Assembly: GCA_027492035.1 (NCBI GenBank)
Contig: JAOZFT010000037.1
Location: 1-25,982 of the forward strand
Length of the DNA: 25,982 nucleotides
Reading direction: 5' to 3'
From: Thermoproteota archaeon
Lineage (GTDB): Archaea > Korarchaeota > JAOZGF01 > JAOZFZ01
Shown piece by piece: positions 8,837-18,211 of this stretch (position 1 is its first letter; each line of letters starts with the position of its first letter). The notes under the pieces were generated by a model. It made no database searches and was not told the origin of the DNA. It was given only the letters and a program-made list of their open reading frames with translations. The translations under genes were made by a program, and so were the position numbers.

Positions 8837-9979
8837 GTGGTTAAAGTTTTAGGTATTGACCCTGGCACCCGCAGCTTTGACCTCTGCGGTTTAGAGGATG
8901 GAGTTGTGAATTATGAAGAAATCGTTGACACTTTGGAAGTTGCTTCTAAACCTTATAAGCTTATAGAGGCTGTTGAGAAAGATTTGCCTCTGGACCTTAT
9001 AGCAGGGCCTTCAGGTTACGGTGTTGAACTTACTTACCTAAAAAATCTTGACTTAAACATGTTGAAGAATTGGTACTTAACCTATATTTTGCTTTTGAAA
9101 AGGGAAGATTTAGAAAAGGCTTTGAAGAAGAGGGAAATAGGGATAATGGTTTATTCAGCAATGACTGAAACAGCTTTGGAAATGAAGAGGAGAAACTGGC
9201 CTGTCGTCTATATTCCAGGCGTAATTAACTTACCCACTGTACCTAAACATAGGAAAGTGAATAAAATGGACATGGGAACAGCTGACAAGATGTGTATAGC
9301 TGTGTTAGGTGTCCATGACCAAGCATCCAGGCTGGGGTTAAGTTATAGAAACGTTTCATTCATTTTGGTGGAAATGGGTTTCGGTTACAACGCTGTAATA
9401 GGTGTCGATAAGGGAAGAATAGTCGACGGTGTAGGAGGGACAACAGGTGGGCCTGGTTTCTTAACTTCAGGTGCTTTAGATGCTGAAGTTGTTCAATTAA
9501 CCGGTTCATGGAGTAAAGTAGATGTTTTCACTGGTGGAGGGGCTTCTATTGCAAACAAAAAAAGCCCTGAAGAAATAGTTTCACAGACAAGTAAAGATGA
9601 AATGAGTAGAATAGCGTGGGAGGCAATGATGGAGTCAATAGTGAAAGAGGTTTACTCTGTTAAGGCTTCAGTTAAATACCCTAAAGAAATTCTTTTTTCG
9701 GGAAGGTTAACCAGGATAAAGGGGGTTGAAGAAGAATTAAAGCGGAGACTAAGCAGTTTAGGAGATGTTAGAAGGATAGGTTTCCTAGAAGGGGCAAATA
9801 AAACAAAAGAAGCAGCCCAAGGATATGCAATGGTGGCTGACGGCTTGGCAGGAGGAAAATTTAAAGAGCTGATCGATTGGATGAAAATAAGGGAAGCTAA
9901 AGGAACGTCAATAGATTTTGTTTACCACCCAAGAGCTAAAAAGGCTGTTGAGGAAATAAGGAGGAAAGTACCCTTCTGA
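8837..9979 (+). CDS. DUF1464-family protein (ASKHA fold, annotated as predicted butyrate kinase)
   Basis: GIDPGTRSFD phosphate-1 motif, GPSGYG, HRKVNKMDMGTADK, GRIVDGVGGT and KEAAQGYA. GTG at 8837 follows a GGTGA RBS. Confidence 0.85.
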   Translation: MVKVLGIDPGTRSFDLCGLEDGVVNYEEIVDTLEVASKPYKLIEAVEKDLPLDLIAGPSGYGVELTYLKNLDLNMLKNWYLTYILLLKREDLEKALKKREIGIMVYSAMTETALEMKRRNWPVVYIPGVINLPTVPKHRKVNKMDMGTADKMCIAVLGVHDQASRLGLSYRNVSFILVEMGFGYNAVIGVDKGRIVDGVGGTTGGPGFLTSGALDAEVVQLTGSWSKVDVFTGGGASIANKKSPEEIVSQTSKDEMSRIAWEAMMESIVKEVYSVKASVKYPKEILFSGRLTRIKGVEEELKRRLSSLGDVRRIGFLEGANKTKEAAQGYAMVADGLAGGKFKELIDWMKIREAKGTSIDFVYHPRAKKAVEEIRRKVPF

Positions 9980-10022
9980 AAAGTTTTAAGGATTTTATGG
10001 CAAAAACATAGGAAGTTTAAAA

Positions 10023-11855
10023 ATGCCTGAAATATTTGTAGGCTTTGAATGGGTTCCTGAAAAAGGACTAACCTCCAACCCTGTTTACCTCAAAACTGAA
10101 GATTTAGATTTATCTGTTTCGATTTGGGGAAGAAGCGGAAGCGGTAAATCCTACTTGTTTTTTTACTTAATTGAAAACCTGGTTTTAAATTGTGGAGTAC
10201 CTGTTGTGGTTTTAGACAGAACAGGACAGGCTTTGGGATTATCCAAACCAAACACTGAAATATCTGAGGAATGGAAGAAATACATATTTCCCTCCCCTGT
10301 TCCCTTTCAATACTTCAACCCTTTAGCTCCTGAAGAAAGCACTTTCAAATTCGGTTTACAATACGATGAATTATTAAAGGACAACCCTCATTTTACAGTG
10401 AAAACATTGTCTAATCACTTCAGTAAGTATTTTTCGCTTACTAAAAGGGAAACCAGGAAACTTGAAGCCTTACTTACAAAGAAATTAATTATTGAGGGGA
10501 ATCATTTCTCCATTGAAAACCTTGGAGAATGGTTAACAACCGAGAAAGTTTTTAGCAAAAGCACTAACGAAATAGAATACCAAGTTAAATTGTTTAAGGA
10601 ATCAAGGATATCAACCATTTTTAGTTACAGTGCACCTAACTGGGACAAATTACTCAGTAAGGCCAAGGTTTACATTGTAGATGTCAGTCAACTGCCTGTT
10701 CCACAACAAAGACTAATTTCTAATTATCTCTCCGATTCAATCCTTCACTGGGCTAAAAAGAAAGGGGAACCTTCAATTACAGAACTTAAAAAGTTGAAAA
10801 AAGAAGGGAAACCTTTAAGAGCTGTTTTCGCTATTGACGAAGTTCACGACGTAGCGCCTTCCAAGACTTTCCCTCCATCAAAAATTTCACTTGAAAGACT
10901 AATTAGGGAAGGGAGAAAATACAAGGTTTCAACTCTTCTAGCTACTCAAACATTTATAGGTACAAGTTCCGTTGTAAGATCTACAGGGGTGAAATTCTTT
11001 TTTAGAATGAACCCTGAAGAAACAGAGTACATAGTTAAAGAAACAGGGCTTCCTAAACAATGGAAGAAGATAATACCTAAACTGCCAATAAAAAAGAAGT
11101 CAGTTGCACTCCTTTCTTCACCCAGTACCGAAGGGTTGAAGTTCACAAAAATACCTGAGAGAATGTCTACTCACGGTAAAGTAGCTTTACCTAAAGTAAA
11201 AAAGAAATTTGAAAGAAGAAACAGGGAAAGAATGGAAATCTCTTTCAGATTGCCTGTAGGAAAAATTACAGCAGTTGTTTATGGAGGAAAGGGTGAATGG
11301 AAACTTAGAAAAGGAGAAAAATTTCAAATAAAGAAAATTTTTTACCCAGTTTACGTGGCTGATTTCTCATTTAAGAAAAAGAAACACTTTTTGGAAAAGG
11401 AAGTGGAGATAGGGGTTCGAAAAATTCCAATTTGTGGTTTAACAGGTAAAGTATTAACGGAGCTAAACTTTGAAAAAATTGAAGCCAGCTCAATAAACGA
11501 GGAAAAAGAAGAGGGGGATATTAAGGAAATAAAACCTAAAATAAAAACTAACAAAGTATCTGTTATCATAATGGAGTACTTCAAAAAAGATTTACCGGTA
11601 AAGAAAACCTTTAAATTCTTCACTACAAGGTTTAGCGAGTTTTTTTCACTTGAAGATTTAGAAGAACCACTTGGTGTCGTTAACATAAAACTTTTACTAT
11701 ACCCTGCCTATATTCTAAAATACGCCAAAAAGGAAGAATTGAGAGAAAACATAAGATTGAAAGTGGTTGATGGAGCAGCTGAAAAACTTAGAAACCTGAA
11801 ACAAATAAAGGATATATTAGTTAATAAAACCCCATACATTCTTTTAGAGGAGTAA
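10023..11855 (+). CDS. HerA/FtsK-superfamily (DUF87-type) ATPase with an uncharacterised C-terminal region
   Basis: Walker A GRSGSGKS, VVVLDRTG, Walker B FAIDEVH, arginine finger REGRKY and LATQ motif. No obvious transmembrane segment. Confidence 0.85.
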   Translation: MPEIFVGFEWVPEKGLTSNPVYLKTEDLDLSVSIWGRSGSGKSYLFFYLIENLVLNCGVPVVVLDRTGQALGLSKPNTEISEEWKKYIFPSPVPFQYFNPLAPEESTFKFGLQYDELLKDNPHFTVKTLSNHFSKYFSLTKRETRKLEALLTKKLIIEGNHFSIENLGEWLTTEKVFSKSTNEIEYQVKLFKESRISTIFSYSAPNWDKLLSKAKVYIVDVSQLPVPQQRLISNYLSDSILHWAKKKGEPSITELKKLKKEGKPLRAVFAIDEVHDVAPSKTFPPSKISLERLIREGRKYKVSTLLATQTFIGTSSVVRSTGVKFFFRMNPEETEYIVKETGLPKQWKKIIPKLPIKKKSVALLSSPSTEGLKFTKIPERMSTHGKVALPKVKKKFERRNRERMEISFRLPVGKITAVVYGGKGEWKLRKGEKFQIKKIFYPVYVADFSFKKKKHFLEKEVEIGVRKIPICGLTGKVLTELNFEKIEASSINEEKEEGDIKEIKPKIKTNKVSVIIMEYFKKDLPVKKTFKFFTTRFSEFFSLEDLEEPLGVVNIKLLLYPAYILKYAKKEELRENIRLKVVDGAAEKLRNLKQIKDILVNKTPYILLEE

Positions 11856-11947
11856 AGCTCTTTCTTAACTTTTAATAAAGAAACAGAAGCTACCTGCAAA
11901 ACAAGTTTACTTTTCCTTCTTAAAAAGGGGGTAATGTGTTAACTGAA

Positions 11948-13504
11948 CTATGTATTGTTTTTTGAAAGAGATTTCGAGTTTAACCTATTTAAGTAGAACA
12001 TGTACCCATCAATTAAAGCCTCTTCTGAAGCTTTAAGTATGTTTTTGTCGACCCCCACCGTAGACCATTGACGTTGACCACTTGAAAACTCCGTAAAAAC
12101 TTCTACTTTGGAAGCGGTACCTTCCTGATTTATTACTGAAACTTTGAAGTTAATAAGTTTTACTTTCTCCATTTCAGGATAATGTTTTTGAAGAATTTTC
12201 CTTAAAGCTAAGTCGAAAGCATTTACAGGCCCAACACCTTTCGAGAATTCTTTTTCCTGCTTACCATTAACCTTGATTCTTACCCAAGCCATGGACCATA
12301 CTGAACTGAGAGAAACAACTTTCCACTCTACCACTTCAAAGAATTTCTTCATCACACCTAGTTTTTCTGCATAGAGTAACCAAAGTTTCCCGTCAGCGTT
12401 TTCTAAGTGGTAGCCTTTATTTTCTAGTTCCTTAACTTTTTTAAGTATCTCTTGCGTTTTTAAACCTTTTTTTAGGTTGAAACCCAGTTTCTCCCCTATT
12501 TTCAGCACTGTAGTTTTACCTGCTTGGTTTGAAAGCACTATTTGCCTAAAATTGCCCACTTGGGAGGGGTTTATGTGTTCATAAGCCTTTGGGTTTTTTG
12601 TTACTGCGTAAATATGAACTCCTCCTTTATGGGAAAAAGCGTAGTCACCAACGTAAGGTTGATATTTATTGACATGCAAATTTGCAAGTTTATAGATGTA
12701 CTGAGACGTTTCCCTTAAATTTTCCAGTTTAACATTAACTTGGTAACCTAGTTTTAAGGCAAGGTTTGGTATTATGGTTGTTAAGTCGGCGTTTCCACAT
12801 CTCTCCCCTAAACCGTTGATTGTACCTTGAACATGGGACGCTCCTGCTTCAACAGCTGCTAAAGTGTTTGCAACAGCCAATCCTGAATCGTTGTGGCAGT
12901 GAATCCCTATTTTTGCATTAAGAACGGAAAATGCTTCATGGACAGCTCCCTGTACCTCTTTAGGAAGTGATCCACCATTTGTGTCGCACAAAACTATTGT
13001 TTCAGCACCTGATTTTTCAGCTATTTTTAAACATTCTAAAGCGTATCCTTTGTTGTCTTTGTACCCATCGAAAAAATGTTCAGCATCAAAAATAACTCTT
13101 TTCCCTTTGCTTGTTAGGTATTTTATTGTTTCCTCTATTATTTTAAGGTTTTCTTTTCCAGAAATCCCCATTAAACTTGTGTGAAGCTTCCATGTTTTTC
13201 CAAACACTGTCACTGTATTTGTCCCGGCTTCAACTAAAGCTTTTAAGAGTTTGTCACTGGTTAAGCCTGTGCCTGGTTTTTTAGTGGAACCGAAAGCAAC
13301 TATTTTTTCATGTTTAAGTTTTTCAAAGAAAAGGGTGTCCGTAACATTTGCACCCGGCCATCCTGCCTCTACATAGTCAAAACCTATTTCTAAAAGTTTT
13401 TTAGCTATATCCACTTTATCTCTTAGTGTGAAGTTAATGCCTCTTGATTGATTTCCATCCCTTAAAGTTGTATCATAAAGTTCAATTTTTAATAAAACGT
13501 TCAC
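11948..13504 (-). CDS. cimA: Citramalate synthase (bacterial-type CimA clade, DRE-TIM)
   Basis: YDTTLRDG, EAGWPGAN, AFGST, FDAEHFFDG, LCDTNGG, HCHND, GERCGNA and HKGGVH, plus a LeuA-type regulatory domain. GTGA start/stop overlap with the upstream gene. Confidence 0.85.
   Translation of the reverse strand: MNVLLKIELYDTTLRDGNQSRGINFTLRDKVDIAKKLLEIGFDYVEAGWPGANVTDTLFFEKLKHEKIVAFGSTKKPGTGLTSDKLLKALVEAGTNTVTVFGKTWKLHTSLMGISGKENLKIIEETIKYLTSKGKRVIFDAEHFFDGYKDNKGYALECLKIAEKSGAETIVLCDTNGGSLPKEVQGAVHEAFSVLNAKIGIHCHNDSGLAVANTLAAVEAGASHVQGTINGLGERCGNADLTTIIPNLALKLGYQVNVKLENLRETSQYIYKLANLHVNKYQPYVGDYAFSHKGGVHIYAVTKNPKAYEHINPSQVGNFRQIVLSNQAGKTTVLKIGEKLGFNLKKGLKTQEILKKVKELENKGYHLENADGKLWLLYAEKLGVMKKFFEVVEWKVVSLSSVWSMAWVRIKVNGKQEKEFSKGVGPVNAFDLALRKILQKHYPEMEKVKLINFKVSVINQEGTASKVEVFTEFSSGQRQWSTVGVDKNILKASEEALIDGYMFYLNRLNSKSLSKNNT
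12840..12877. repeat. 38-bp exact repeat, copy 1 (in cimA)
   Basis: gctcctgcttcaacagctgctaaagtgtttgcaacagc, identical to 14378-14415. Confidence 0.9.
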
Positions 13505-15072
13505 CTGGCACTTTTCAACACCTCTTTCTCTTTTGCTTGGAAGGCCTTATTTATTGCGTTTATTACTGCATTAACTGAAGCAACAACTATGTCACCATTT
13601 ACTGCTTCAGACCTGAAAATTCTTCCTTCCTTATCTTCCACAATTATTGATACATGGGCTAAGGCGTCTGTTCCCCCTGTTAAAGCTTTTAAGCTGAATT
13701 CTTTAAGTTTAAGCTGAGTTAAGGGGTCTAGTATTTTCTCAATTGCTTTAGCTGCAGCATCTACTGGACCCACACCTATACTGTGCCCTATTTTTTCTTC
13801 ACCGTTAATCAGCAGTTTAACGGTGGCGGAAGGGGTTATTGGGAAACCTGTGACTATCACTAACTCCTTCAGTTTAACCTTTTGCTCATAAATATTAAGT
13901 TTTAAAGCCTCTTGAACCAGCGCTATGAAATCTAGGTCTGTCAAAATCTTTCCTTTAGCGGAAATATCCTTCAGTTTCAGCGTCAATTCTTTAATCATGT
14001 TGTCTGGAATATTTCTTATTCCAAGTTCTTCCAACGCCTTTTTCACAGATGATTTACCCGTGTGTTTACCTATCACTATTCTTCTTTTCTGGCCTACGTC
14101 TTCAGGGTTTATTGGTTCAAACGTAGATGGTTTTGAAATTATTCCGTCCACATGGATTCCGCTTTCGTGTGTAAATGCGTTTTCCCCGATTATTGGTGTA
14201 CAGGGGCTTAAAGTTACTCCTGTAAGCCTTGTAACTAAATTTGAAGTTTCAGCCAAGTATTTGTGGTTAATATTGGTTTTTACACCGTAAACTGTTTCTA
14301 AAGCAACTGTTACAGGTTCCAATGCTGCGTTACCTGCCCTTTCTCCCAAACCATTAACTGTTACTTGTACCTCTTCAGCTCCTGCTTCAACAGCTGCTAA
14401 AGTGTTTGCAACAGCTAACCCGTAATCGTTGTGACAATGAATGCTCAATTTAGTTTTTAGCTTGGATGTAATTCCTGAAACAAATTTTTTCATGGAGGAA
14501 GGGATCATGACTCCCACAGTGTCAGCAATATTTATTACATCTGCACCAGCTGCTTCAACATTTCTGTAGATTTCCAGGAGGTAGTTAATGTTAGACCTTG
14601 TTGCGTCCATTGCTGAAAAGACGCATTTTACACCGTGATCCTTTACATAATTAACTGCTTCAATTGTGGAGTTTATAATTTCCTCGGGTTCCTTCCCTAT
14701 TTGGTACTTTAATTGAACCTGCGATGTAGGAACAAATACATGAATTATATCTACGTCACAGTCCAAGCATTCATTTATGTCTTTCTTTATAATCCTCGCC
14801 AAAGCTGCAACTTCACAGTTTGAAACTTCTTTTGAAATCAACGTCACAGCTTCTTTTTCATTTCCACTGTTTACAGGGAAACCTGCCTCTATAACATCAA
14901 CACCTAATTTTTCCAGTTGTTTAGCTATTTTTAATTTGTCACTTGCCTGTAAAGTAACTCCGGGGGTTTGTTCTCCATCTCTTAAAGTACAGTCATAAAT
15001 AGAGACTGAATTAGGTAGGTTCATGTTTTCAAAGGAAACGTTAAGGAGGTTGCTTTCATGTCTCCTTATCAA
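13501..15072 (-). CDS. leuA: 2-isopropylmalate synthase (LeuA / archaeal CimA-like family)
   Basis: DCTLRDGEQTPG, IEAGFP, HCHND, GERAGNAA, HESGIH, GKHTG and the GVGPVDA regulatory domain. LeuA versus archaeal CimA cannot be settled by eye. Confidence 0.78.
   Translation of the reverse strand: MIRRHESNLLNVSFENMNLPNSVSIYDCTLRDGEQTPGVTLQASDKLKIAKQLEKLGVDVIEAGFPVNSGNEKEAVTLISKEVSNCEVAALARIIKKDINECLDCDVDIIHVFVPTSQVQLKYQIGKEPEEIINSTIEAVNYVKDHGVKCVFSAMDATRSNINYLLEIYRNVEAAGADVINIADTVGVMIPSSMKKFVSGITSKLKTKLSIHCHNDYGLAVANTLAAVEAGAEEVQVTVNGLGERAGNAALEPVTVALETVYGVKTNINHKYLAETSNLVTRLTGVTLSPCTPIIGENAFTHESGIHVDGIISKPSTFEPINPEDVGQKRRIVIGKHTGKSSVKKALEELGIRNIPDNMIKELTLKLKDISAKGKILTDLDFIALVQEALKLNIYEQKVKLKELVIVTGFPITPSATVKLLINGEEKIGHSIGVGPVDAAAKAIEKILDPLTQLKLKEFSLKALTGGTDALAHVSIIVEDKEGRIFRSEAVNGDIVVASVNAVINAINKAFQAKEKEVLKSAR
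14378..14415. repeat. 38-bp exact repeat, copy 2 (in leuA)
   Basis: Identical to 12840-12877; encodes AVANTLAAVEAGA in both genes. Confidence 0.9.
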
Positions 15073-15572
15073 CTTGTACCCCCTTCTTTTTTATCTCTTT
15101 CAAGAGCTGTTATTCCTGTTCTAGCGATTTCTTTTACACCATAGGGTTTAACCAATTCAATAAATGCATTAATTTTGTCAGGTGTCCCTGTAATTTGAGC
15201 TATTAAAGATTTTCTGGAGACATCTACAACTTGGCCCCTGAAAACCTCTATGCAATGAATTACGTCTGACCGGGAAATTCTGTCTTCAACTTTAATTTTT
15301 ATTAGGGCAAGTTCTCTTTTCACAGTGTTTTGGGGATTTAGTTCACGGATATTTATCACTTCAACTAAATTGTTCAGTTGCTTTATAACTTGTTCCCTGA
15401 CTTCTCCGTCATCATTTAAAGTAATTATTATTCTTGCGGTTTTTCTATCAATCACACCTACAGTTAAGGTTTCAATGTTGAAGTTTCTTCTCCTAAGTAG
15501 GTTTGAAACCTTAAACAGCACTCCTGGCTTATGTTCAGTTACTACTTCAATTATGTTTTTTCCATTTGTCAT
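15069..15572 (-). CDS. ilvH: Acetolactate synthase small regulatory subunit
   Basis: ACT domain HKPGVLFKVS...RRRNFNIETLTV, EQVIKQLN, RELALIK and EIARTG; ATGA overlap with ilvB. Confidence 0.95.
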   Translation of the reverse strand: MTNGKNIIEVVTEHKPGVLFKVSNLLRRRNFNIETLTVGVIDRKTARIIITLNDDGEVREQVIKQLNNLVEVINIRELNPQNTVKRELALIKIKVEDRISRSDVIHCIEVFRGQVVDVSRKSLIAQITGTPDKINAFIELVKPYGVKEIARTGITALERDKKEGGTS

Positions 15573-17296
15573 GTTTCATCAACCTTCATGATTAATTTCT
15601 CAAGTTCTTTTCCTGGAGGCACCATTGGAAAAACGTTCTCCTCTTTAGGAATAGGTACGTCAATAACTGTTGTAACTTCGTTTGACAACCCTTCCCTTAT
15701 TGCTTGTTTAAAGTCTTCATATGACTCAACTTGTATGCCTTCAGCACCGAATGATTTTGCGTACTGTACGAAGTCAGGTACCTTGTTTAGGTAGGTGTGG
15801 GAGTATCTTCTGTTGTAGAAAAGTCTTTGCCATTGGGCAACCATGCCAAGCGCCCTATTGTCAAGAATTATCACTATTACAGGAATCTCTTCGGTTACAG
15901 ATGTGGCTAAGTCTTGGGAAGTCATTAAGAAACTTCCATCTCCAGCTATGTCTACAACTGGAACCTCAGGCTTAGCCACTTTAGCACCTAAAGCTGCTGG
16001 GAAACCGAAACCCATTGTACCTAACCCACCTGAAGTAATGAATGTTCTAGGATGATAAATTTTGAAGTATAGCGCGGCCCATGCTTGATTTTGGCCTACT
16101 TCAGTTACAGCTATTGCTTTTTTAGGTAGAATAGTTCTGAGGATCTTTAACAGCTGAGGAGGATAAATTTTGCCTTTACTTTTCCCGAAATTGAAGATTC
16201 CCTTTTCCTTAAACTTTGAAACTAACTCTTTCCAATCCTTTCTTTGTTTAGGTTTATTTAATGCCTTGATTTGTTTACAGATTTCTTTCAAACCCCTTTT
16301 TGCATCTGCAATGACTGAAACCTCAACCTTTATGTTCTTGTTTATTTCTGCTTCGCTTATGTCTAAATGTATTATCTTTGAATCTGGAGCGAATGCTTCA
16401 AAATTACCCACTGTCCTGTCTGAAAACCTCATGCCCACAGCCAAGATCACATCTGACCTTGAAACAAGTAAATTGGCAGGATAGGTTCCATGCATCCCTA
16501 TCACACCTAGAGACAATGGATGATTTTCTGGAAAGCATCCCTTACCCATCAAAGTTGTTGCAACAGGCGCATTTAAGTGTTCAGATAATTCAAGAAGTTC
16601 TTTCGAAGCATTTGAAATTATAACCCCTCCCCCAGCTAAAATGAAAGGTTTTTCAGCTTTGTTTAAAAGTGTCGACGCCTCTTTTACGCTGTTTAAGTTA
16701 ATTTTTAATTTATCAGGTTTATACCCTCTTAAAGACACTTTTCCAGGGAAATGCACATCTTCAACATTAACCTGCACATCTTTCGGCATATCTATGAGAA
16801 CAGGGCCTGGCCTCCAAGTGGAGGCAACATAGAAAGCTTCCTTAACAGCTGCAGGAACCTCTTTTGGGCTTCTAGGTTGAAGGCTATGTTTTGTTATGGA
16901 AGCAGTTATACCTACTATGTCTGTTTCTTGAAATGCATCTTTACCTATCATGTTTGTTGGAACTTGACCTGTTATAGCTACTAAGGGAGAAGAGTCCATA
17001 TAAGCAGTTGCTATCCCTGTTACCAAGTTTGTTGCACCTGGTCCAGAAGTAGCTATACAAACTCCAACTTTACCTGAAGCCCTTGCGTAACCATCAGCCA
17101 TGTGAGCGGCACATTGTTCATGTCTAGCTAAAATATGCCTAATTCCTTCAAAATCGTAGAGTACGTCATAGATAGGTATGGTAGCTCCACCAGGAATGCC
17201 GAAAATCACTTCAACACGTTCTTTTTTAAGAGATTTCAGGAGCGCTTCGGCTCCATTGATTCTTTCAACAATAGAACTCACCTTTGATAAAGCCAT
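15569..17296 (-). CDS. ilvB: Acetolactate synthase large subunit, biosynthetic
   Basis: FGIPGG, RHEQCAAHMADGYAR, TSGPGATN, DAFQE, SGGLGTMGFG, ThDP motif GDGSF...N and GMVAQWQ. Confidence 0.97.
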   Translation of the reverse strand: MALSKVSSIVERINGAEALLKSLKKERVEVIFGIPGGATIPIYDVLYDFEGIRHILARHEQCAAHMADGYARASGKVGVCIATSGPGATNLVTGIATAYMDSSPLVAITGQVPTNMIGKDAFQETDIVGITASITKHSLQPRSPKEVPAAVKEAFYVASTWRPGPVLIDMPKDVQVNVEDVHFPGKVSLRGYKPDKLKINLNSVKEASTLLNKAEKPFILAGGGVIISNASKELLELSEHLNAPVATTLMGKGCFPENHPLSLGVIGMHGTYPANLLVSRSDVILAVGMRFSDRTVGNFEAFAPDSKIIHLDISEAEINKNIKVEVSVIADAKRGLKEICKQIKALNKPKQRKDWKELVSKFKEKGIFNFGKSKGKIYPPQLLKILRTILPKKAIAVTEVGQNQAWAALYFKIYHPRTFITSGGLGTMGFGFPAALGAKVAKPEVPVVDIAGDGSFLMTSQDLATSVTEEIPVIVIILDNRALGMVAQWQRLFYNRRYSHTYLNKVPDFVQYAKSFGAEGIQVESYEDFKQAIREGLSNEVTTVIDVPIPKEENVFPMVPPGKELEKLIMKVDET

Positions 17297-17354
17297 CCCT
17301 CATTTCTGTTTCACACCTCACAAGAAAGATGACTTTAGACTGCACACTTAAAGA

Positions 17355-17368
17355 TATTTAAATTTTGC
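17355..17368 (-). promoter_or_regulatory. Putative BRE-TATA promoter of the ilvB-ilvH-leuA-cimA operon
   Basis: Minus strand GCAAAATTTAAATA about 60 nt upstream of the ilvB ATG, followed by GAGGTG and GAGGG RBS-like motifs. Confidence 0.45.
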
Positions 17369-17709
17369 GTTTTTTTGCTTTTATAAATCATAAAAAAGTA
17401 CATTTGTTTAAAACTACGCACAAATACAAGGTACAATTTTTAAACTTTTTCCTCTTTTGAAAAAGGAGAGCTTCAGAATATCGAAATTGAACAATGGAAA
17501 AACAAGGGATAAGCGTTTGAGTTTTGAACAAGTTAAGGGCACTGCCTAAAGAAATTCGATGAATATGTAAAGCTGAAGAAAAGGGAGTCATAAATAAGGA
17601 AAAATTAAATGGACAAGTCATTCATGAACTTTTAAAAGGGTCTAACCTTTTCCTCACAACCTAAACATTAAAAGGAGATAAACAGGTTTCTATGAGGAAA
17701 AGGCCATGG

Positions 17710-18211
17710 TTAACGATTTTCTAAATCTTTAAATGCCTCCTTTAGTTCCTTAATATCCACAGGCTCCTTAACTTGTTTGTAGTACTCCTCGTAGAGTTTT
17801 ACTTGTACCTGTTTCTCTTTCCCTCCCCTAGTATTTTTTCATAGATGACCTTTCGGTCCCTGTTCAATTTAGACAGTAAGTATGGTTTCCTGGGATTCTT
17901 AGCCCCCCTTAAAGCTCTTATGAGCCCATCCACTATAACTCTTTCAGATTCCTTCTCCTCAAGCCTTCCTCCCAGTTCTCCTGAATATCTTCAAGCTTAT
18001 CTTTGCAGCATCCCTAGCGACCTTGGAGGTGGCCCTATCAATTCTTCGGGCATGGAATCTAATTGAAGGAGAGATCAATCTTGCCTCTCAGTATGTGGAA
18101 GAGCTAATTTGGTTTGTAATCTAGGGACTCTGTCTCGGTTAATGCCAACCGACAACACCCTTCCCTGGCGAGCACATACAAGGCATCTAAGTCGCTCAGT
18201 TGGTCCAGATA
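17710..18211 (-). pseudogene. Degraded orc1/cdc6-family gene (distal AAA+ domain and start of winged helix)
   Basis: Minus-strand fragments in shifting frames with stops: LDQLSDLDALYVLAR, LDYKPN*LFHILRGKIDLSF, ARDAAKISLKIFRRTGRKA, EEKESERVIVDGLIRAL...YLLSKLNRDRKVIYEKIL and KLYEEYYKQVKEPV. The order matches Cdc6/Orc1 motifs (DxxDQL, PY...L..IL..R, GDAR, wHTH). GC is visibly higher than in the flanks. Confidence 0.72.

Noticed and set aside
17388-17640. 77-aa minus-strand ORF and plus-strand coding-like fragments
   Set aside because: No recognisable family; possibly debris, but not supportable.
17845-18066. 73-aa plus-strand ORF or a transposase remnant
   Set aside because: It is antisense to the cdc6-like fragments; no DDE/HUH motifs or terminal inverted repeats were seen.
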